Positions 59,054-64,000 of a stretch of DNA of 64,000 nucleotides are shown one piece after another; the first letter of the stretch is position 1; every line of letters starts with the position of its first letter. A program made the translations under genes and the position numbers. Under the pieces are notes generated by a model. The model did no database searches and had not been told where the DNA came from. It saw only the letters and a list, made by a program, of their open reading frames with translations. The stretch is taken from the IMG/VR virus record IMGVR_UViG_3300032007_000015; one strand, 5' to 3'. The DNA is from a virus. Taxonomy: Duplodnaviria > Caudoviricetes.

Positions 59054-60349
59054 CAGGGATATCTTTAATATTATTTATTTATCTTTATTGATAAACTTAA
59101 TTTAAAAATATTTATTATATTACTATAATAAAATCGGACTATCTCTTCATCCCCAATATAGACGATTTATATTGGGGAGATGTGCACTTCCAGCCTAACC
59201 CGCAAACTAAGCCGTACCTATTTTTAGATTAATTTATCTATCAAGTAAATTCTTTAGATAATCAATATCTATTTTCTCTAAAAATAGTTCACCATTAACA
59301 TTAGTATTTTCGTATTTTAATACATAAATACCATCATATAATTCGTTAATTTTTGAATATATAGTCTCTACACTTTCATTTTTACACCAATCTAAAAATT
59401 CGACCAAATCAATATAATCTTTATTTCTAATAGACCTTTTTGTGAACATCTTTCCATATATAACATGACGTTTTTCATAATCCATATAGAAAAGACTGTA
59501 ATCACAAACTCGTGATGGTTGTCTAAGACAATTTTTAATATAGTCTTTGCTTTTACCAACATAATCACCAAATAATTTTCCACTATCAGAAATAATAAAT
59601 TTACCATTTCCTATAGCAATAATATAATTCGACTTCTTTCTTTTTGTAGCAGCTGATTGTTTTAGTCCCATATGAGATAAACTCTTATTCAAACGAACTT
59701 GAACTGGGTCTGCTTTATTTTGAATACCAAATCGACAATTATATCCATTACCTTCTACATATGATTTAAAAGTTCTTATATAGAATTCTTCTCTTTCATT
59801 TAAATCTTTTTCATCACATTGTTCAATAAGTTCAATAATAAAATTATCTTGTCCATATTCTCTAATGGCAATATCAATAATTCTTGTTGAATTTTCATCT
59901 TTATCGGCAGTATTATAATCACTTAAACGATTTCTAAAGTTAACCGTTTGACCTATGTATATTTCATTTGTCAATAAATTAGTGATTTGATAAATTCCTG
60001 ATATCGGGATGCCCATATCCCACATTTTTTGGGCTTTCTTGTTTAATGCTATTAACTTCACATTTTGTTCCTCCTTTCTTTTTCCTTTTGTAGTCAATTT
60101 TAGATTTGGATTTGGTTTTGATGTAAAAATGCTTAGCACGGTATTACTTGCTATCCATTACTGGACCGTAAGCTCTCTTACGAAGTGTATTCGCGACTGC
60201 TCCTAGTACTGGTCAGGTACCATCCTTATTTAACTTCTACCGTTAGCAAGTCTTTAAACTCACACCGCTTGTTAGGCGTTCACACATTCCTTAAGTATAG
60301 ATTGCTCTACCTTCGGACCTCGATTCATAATATCCATAAATATTATCGC
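59054..60349 (-). mobile_element. Group I intron (1296 nt) with homing endonuclease
   Basis: 5' exon ends in U, intron ends in G; P1 (CGGAU/GUCCG), P10 (AUCGAG/UUCGAU), Q-like AAUACCGUGCUAAG, R GUAGAGACUA, S AAGAGAUAGUCC, P8 hairpin. Confidence 0.92.
59234..60061 (-). CDS. GIY-YIG homing endonuclease (intron-encoded)
   Basis: GIYQITN..IYIGQT..R..E, NUMOD3-like HMGLKQSAATKRKKS; probable GTG start at 60061 with AGGAGG SD. Confidence 0.88.
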   Translation of the reverse strand: MKLIALNKKAQKMWDMGIPISGIYQITNLLTNEIYIGQTVNFRNRLSDYNTADKDENSTRIIDIAIREYGQDNFIIELIEQCDEKDLNEREEFYIRTFKSYVEGNGYNCRFGIQNKADPVQVRLNKSLSHMGLKQSAATKRKKSNYIIAIGNGKFIISDSGKLFGDYVGKSKDYIKNCLRQPSRVCDYSLFYMDYEKRHVIYGKMFTKRSIRNKDYIDLVEFLDWCKNESVETIYSKINELYDGIYVLKYENTNVNGELFLEKIDIDYLKNLLDR

Positions 60350-61579
60350 ATCCGCATTTAGACCTGGTAATATTGACAGTGGAACAGATAAACAATAATC
60401 TGTTGCATCTCGTTTTACATTTCTAATATTCATTAATAACATTGAATAATAATTCAAAGTTGGATTTCGGTTTATTAATATCTTTGGAGATTCTTTTTTA
60501 AGTATATATTGCATTACATTATATACTTGAGGGTCAAATTCAAATGAAGCTCTCCATTTATTATATGCTGATGATAAGTACATATCATTTAATTTCATAA
60601 GATAATAAATTATCTTATACTTGAAAAGTATTCTAAATGTTTGATATGATAAATCAACCTCATTATCTTTCAAACTTGGGTCTGGAATAATTACATTTCT
60701 TGATGTATTATTACAAGGACCTCCAAGCATCTTATCTCTAATAAATCCTTCTTTTTGTGAAATTAAGTCAAAATTATAATCCCACATCTTATTTACTCTT
60801 TTCTGTATACGATAAAGAATAAATGGTTTTTCAATCGGGTTACACTCTTTAACACTTTCAGATAATTTATATAATGTATTAATATGTCTATCTATACTAT
60901 TAAAGTAAAATGTATCTGATGTGAAAGATTGTGGTCTAAGGATTGTTGAATATATAGGTATATGCGATGTAAAAACTTTATCCTGTTCATCTAATAATTC
61001 AAGAAGTTCTTTTGCCTTATTTTTCTTAACATTAGCAAAATAAGTAATTATGTTTTTAAAGTCCTCCATAAACTTTTCAGTACCTATACCCATATAAGGA
61101 GATGAAGGAGTTGTTTCTGCTTCATTTGGATCTGCTATACTAGTATTACCATCAATATCAACTTTTTGTCTACAATTGATAATATCTGGAAATACCTTCT
61201 TTCCTATCAATTTAACTAGTAATTGATAATAATACGGATTAATACATTTAGAATCATTTCCTAATGAAATCCAACCAGTTACTTTTACATTATTACCACG
61301 ATATTCAACTGGTTCATGACATATAGGGCACACCTCACCTTCAAAAAGTTTTCCTTTAAATTCACCACATTTACATCTATATCTTTCTATAAATGCTTGG
61401 TCATCTTCATATGATGTACCATAAAGTGGTGACTGGGCTCCATACATTGATTTTACTTTCGAGCCATCAAGTGAAACAATCGCTGGTTCTGTAATAATAA
61501 ATCCATCACCAGACAGAATGTCATTATAAAAATCAATGTCCCAATTTCTTCTTACTACGTGAACTATTTCTTTTCCCAT
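60350..61579 (-). CDS. rpoC: RNAP beta' N-terminal subunit, exon 1 (probable non-virion RNAP; spliced product 477 aa)
   Basis: Zn ribbon CKCG..CPIC, GWI, LRP, KEGFIR..MLG, SRNVIIP, NRNPTL, ends GLNAD. Confidence 0.9.
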
Positions 61580-61759
61580 CTTGCACGTATCTCCTTTCTT
61601 TAATCTAGTAAGTATTCACTTGCATTTAAATAATATATAAATTAAATGAAGTAAAGAAAATCTAGATTATTTTTATGTGAAATATAATATTATAAAGAAT
61701 ATCACTTAATAAAGGTTAATAAAAGATAGAGTATGAAAAACATACTCTATCTTTTATTT

Positions 61760-64000
61760 TTATTGAAAATCTGAATCGTTCAAATCATCATCATTATCAT
61801 CGGTAGCATTTGCAGGATCAAGTTTTTCTTTTTGCATATCTACTTTTATTTCTTTAATGAAATCTTCAATTTCACTATAATTAAACATTGGTAAAAATTT
61901 CGCAGCCAATTTTCGTTTAAGTAATAATTTTTCTTTATTAGCATCATCATCATTATTACTATCAGAATAATATAATCCAAGAACGAAATTATAAATTGTC
62001 TCAAAATTATTTATCAATTCCTGTTTTGCACCATTAACTGAGCTTTTTGGTGGAGTTAATGAAAATTCAAATTTGTCAATAATATCTTCATCTATATTAG
62101 TACTCCATACCATAAGTTTTTTATATAATTCTGTGATAGAAGGATTAAAGTCTAATTGATAGTTTACAATTCTTCCATTCATTTTACTATTGGCAACTTC
62201 AATAGATTTTGCAAAATCTGCTTCATTTAAGTAATTCATAATTGCACTAGGAACACCTGTACCTAAGATATATGAATTTCTTAGTAATTCCATTAAATCA
62301 TTATTAAGCTGCACATCTTGACCTTGAAGAATCTCTGTTTCAATTGGTCTTTCTCCTCCTTTACCGAGAGGCATATATAATTCAGTACCATTACCAATTT
62401 TATTTATTAAAGTTGTATATGAAAATAAGTCCATTAAATTAATATTACGACTTTGTTTTTGCCTAGCAATTTCTTGAACTTTATTTATCAGGTTCTTATC
62501 TAATCCAGACTGTCTTAAATAATTTACTTTTTGATCATTGCTGTATAATATAATACTCATTATTTTAAATAATAAAAGCATTAAATATAACTTAGCATAG
62601 AATAATGATGGTTCCAACATACTTGTACCATCTCCATGTTCGTTTTTATTTATTTTAAATTCTACTACATATTCTTTTGGAATAAATTGAAATCTAACTC
62701 TTTTTTCTGTTAAGTTATAATAATCTATAGCTTCTGCTATTAACTTTTTAAATTTATTATTCTTTGTTAAAAATTTCTTGTCAAATTTATCAACTATACG
62801 TGAAGCTATACTTGAAATTATATTCTCTTCTCGTCTATTAATATTAAAACGATCTGTATACAAAGATGATGATAAAATACTAGAAATAGGTGTTACGTCT
62901 TCTTCCATAATAAGATAATATCCGATTGTCTCTTCCATAATTTTTAAAGGAAGCATTTTTGTAGGTTCCACAAGTTTAAAATAACAATCTTTTATATTTT
63001 CAAACTCATTCCTGTTTCTTTTTGAACCTTTATCATTTACAAGTTGAATACCATCAGAACTATCACTATGATGAACCCTTTTGAATAAATCTTTTGTCTC
63101 AGCTAAATTTTTACCTCTTTTAAATGCTTCTGAAACATACTCATCACCTGATTCATTCACATATTTATTTCTGAATTCTTCTATTGATTCAAATCCTTCT
63201 TCTAAAACTGGAATTGGAATTGGATCATTACAAACGACAATATTTTCTGTTATTGTATTGAGTTCTTTCATGAATTCATCTTTATATTTTTTTCTATTAC
63301 CATCCGGTGTAAATGAATTATAATCATCATCTGTTAAATACTTTTCAAAGTTACTATATGTACTTTCACAAAATGTATTAAAGTCTTTTCCTTCATTTAA
63401 TTTATGTGCTGATAAATTAAATGTATCAGTATTAGAACTTTCACTATACATATTTCTCTTTGTTAACTTATCATCCATAAAATCTGAAAATATTTTTTTA
63501 TATGGCATTACTACAGCATAAAACTCACCATATTCCAATGTCCTTGGTACAATAAAGTTTTTAATCTTTTCTTGTAATTCAAACTTTGACTCTATATTTT
63601 CTATAATCGGTTTATAATTCTCTACTACACTATCATTTTGTCCTTTAAAATTTAATATACGATTAATTCTTCCATCAACAACATCTGCACTTATAATTGC
63701 ATCCCTCATTGTATTTATGGCTTCTCTTAATTCTATTAATTGAGAAGATATTTCGTGAATATCACTTTGCTTTAATAATCTATTTCTATATGCTTCAGAT
63801 ATGAAACTTGAAATAGTTGCTTCATCATCATTTATATTTAAATTATTAAATTGCTTTTTGAGTAATTGGTCAATTGAATCACTTTTTTTATCCATTTTAT
63901 ATAATTGACCAAGAAACGAAGTAATATCTTCATTATCACCACTATTTAATTCTCTTATTTCATTATGCATTATATTATTAAATTTATCATTAATATCTTC
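61760..64000 (-). CDS. Probable portal protein (5' end likely outside the window)
   Basis: Frame is open to the window edge; LEYGEFY, SMLEPS..AK...., IETEIL.G, GTGVP, Q..FN pattern resembling gp20-like portals. Confidence 0.65.
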   Translation of the reverse strand, partial: EDINDKFNNIMHNEIRELNSGDNEDITSFLGQLYKMDKKSDSIDQLLKKQFNNLNINDDEATISSFISEAYRNRLLKQSDIHEISSQLIELREAINTMRDAIISADVVDGRINRILNFKGQNDSVVENYKPIIENIESKFELQEKIKNFIVPRTLEYGEFYAVVMPYKKIFSDFMDDKLTKRNMYSESSNTDTFNLSAHKLNEGKDFNTFCESTYSNFEKYLTDDDYNSFTPDGNRKKYKDEFMKELNTITENIVVCNDPIPIPVLEEGFESIEEFRNKYVNESGDEYVSEAFKRGKNLAETKDLFKRVHHSDSSDGIQLVNDKGSKRNRNEFENIKDCYFKLVEPTKMLPLKIMEETIGYYLIMEEDVTPISSILSSSLYTDRFNINRREENIISSIASRIVDKFDKKFLTKNNKFKKLIAEAIDYYNLTEKRVRFQFIPKEYVVEFKINKNEHGDGTSMLEPSLFYAKLYLMLLLFKIMSIILYSNDQKVNYLRQSGLDKNLINKVQEIARQKQSRNINLMDLFSYTTLINKIGNGTELYMPLGKGGERPIETEILQGQDVQLNNDLMELLRNSYILGTGVPSAIMNYLNEADFAKSIEVANSKMNGRIVNYQLDFNPSITELYKKLMVWSTNIDEDIIDKFEFSLTPPKSSVNGAKQELINNFETIYNFVLGLYYSDSNNDDDANKEKLLLKRKLAAKFLPMFNYSEIEDFIKEIKVDMQKEKLDPANATDDNDDDLNDSDFQ

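Noticed and set aside
60272-60349. C-terminal 25 aa of the 435-aa ORF in the track
   Set aside because: Read-through into intron sequence; the true frame continues at 59053 after splicing
59054-60349. Intein or group II intron explanation for the RNAP interruption
   Set aside because: The frame is stopped and lacks Cys...His-Asn ends; no GUGYG start or RT/maturase; group I P1, P7 and P10 elements are present
1-64000. Stop-codon reassignment
   Set aside because: Standard code gives dense, full-length genes; TAG and TGA terminate well-defined ORFs; the tRNA is a normal Gln(UUG)

Overview
Very AT-rich segment of a jumbo myovirus with its own multisubunit RNA polymerases, most similar in organisation to PBS1/AR9/phiKZ-type giant phages. 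An amidase endolysin with ChW-like repeats and a SleB-type hydrolase suggest a Firmicute host, probably Clostridia (inference). The window holds tail tube and sheath, major capsid protein, probable portal, baseplate genes, an HxH-repeat tail fibre, an SbcD-like nuclease, tRNA-Gln and two different RNAP beta' genes. One beta' gene is split inside its catalytic NAD|FDGD motif by a group I intron carrying a GIY-YIG homing endonuclease. Less obvious signals are: (1) about 10 putative head-internal proteins with hydrophobic-x-E|S/A protease sites, several built as polyproteins from shuffled modules, with one membrane-helix-led domain present in three different ORFs; (2) an AACA-N6-TAA late promoter at 15 sites, matching the uracil-dependent AR9 late promoter; (3) a start-less ORF reachable by -1 frameshift at the end of a baseplate/tail chaperone gene; (4) a duplicated 25-nt pseudoknot-like leader before small membrane-protein genes; (5) long AT-rich palindromes at most gene junctions. 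All product calls come from motif recognition by eye; no database searches were run.
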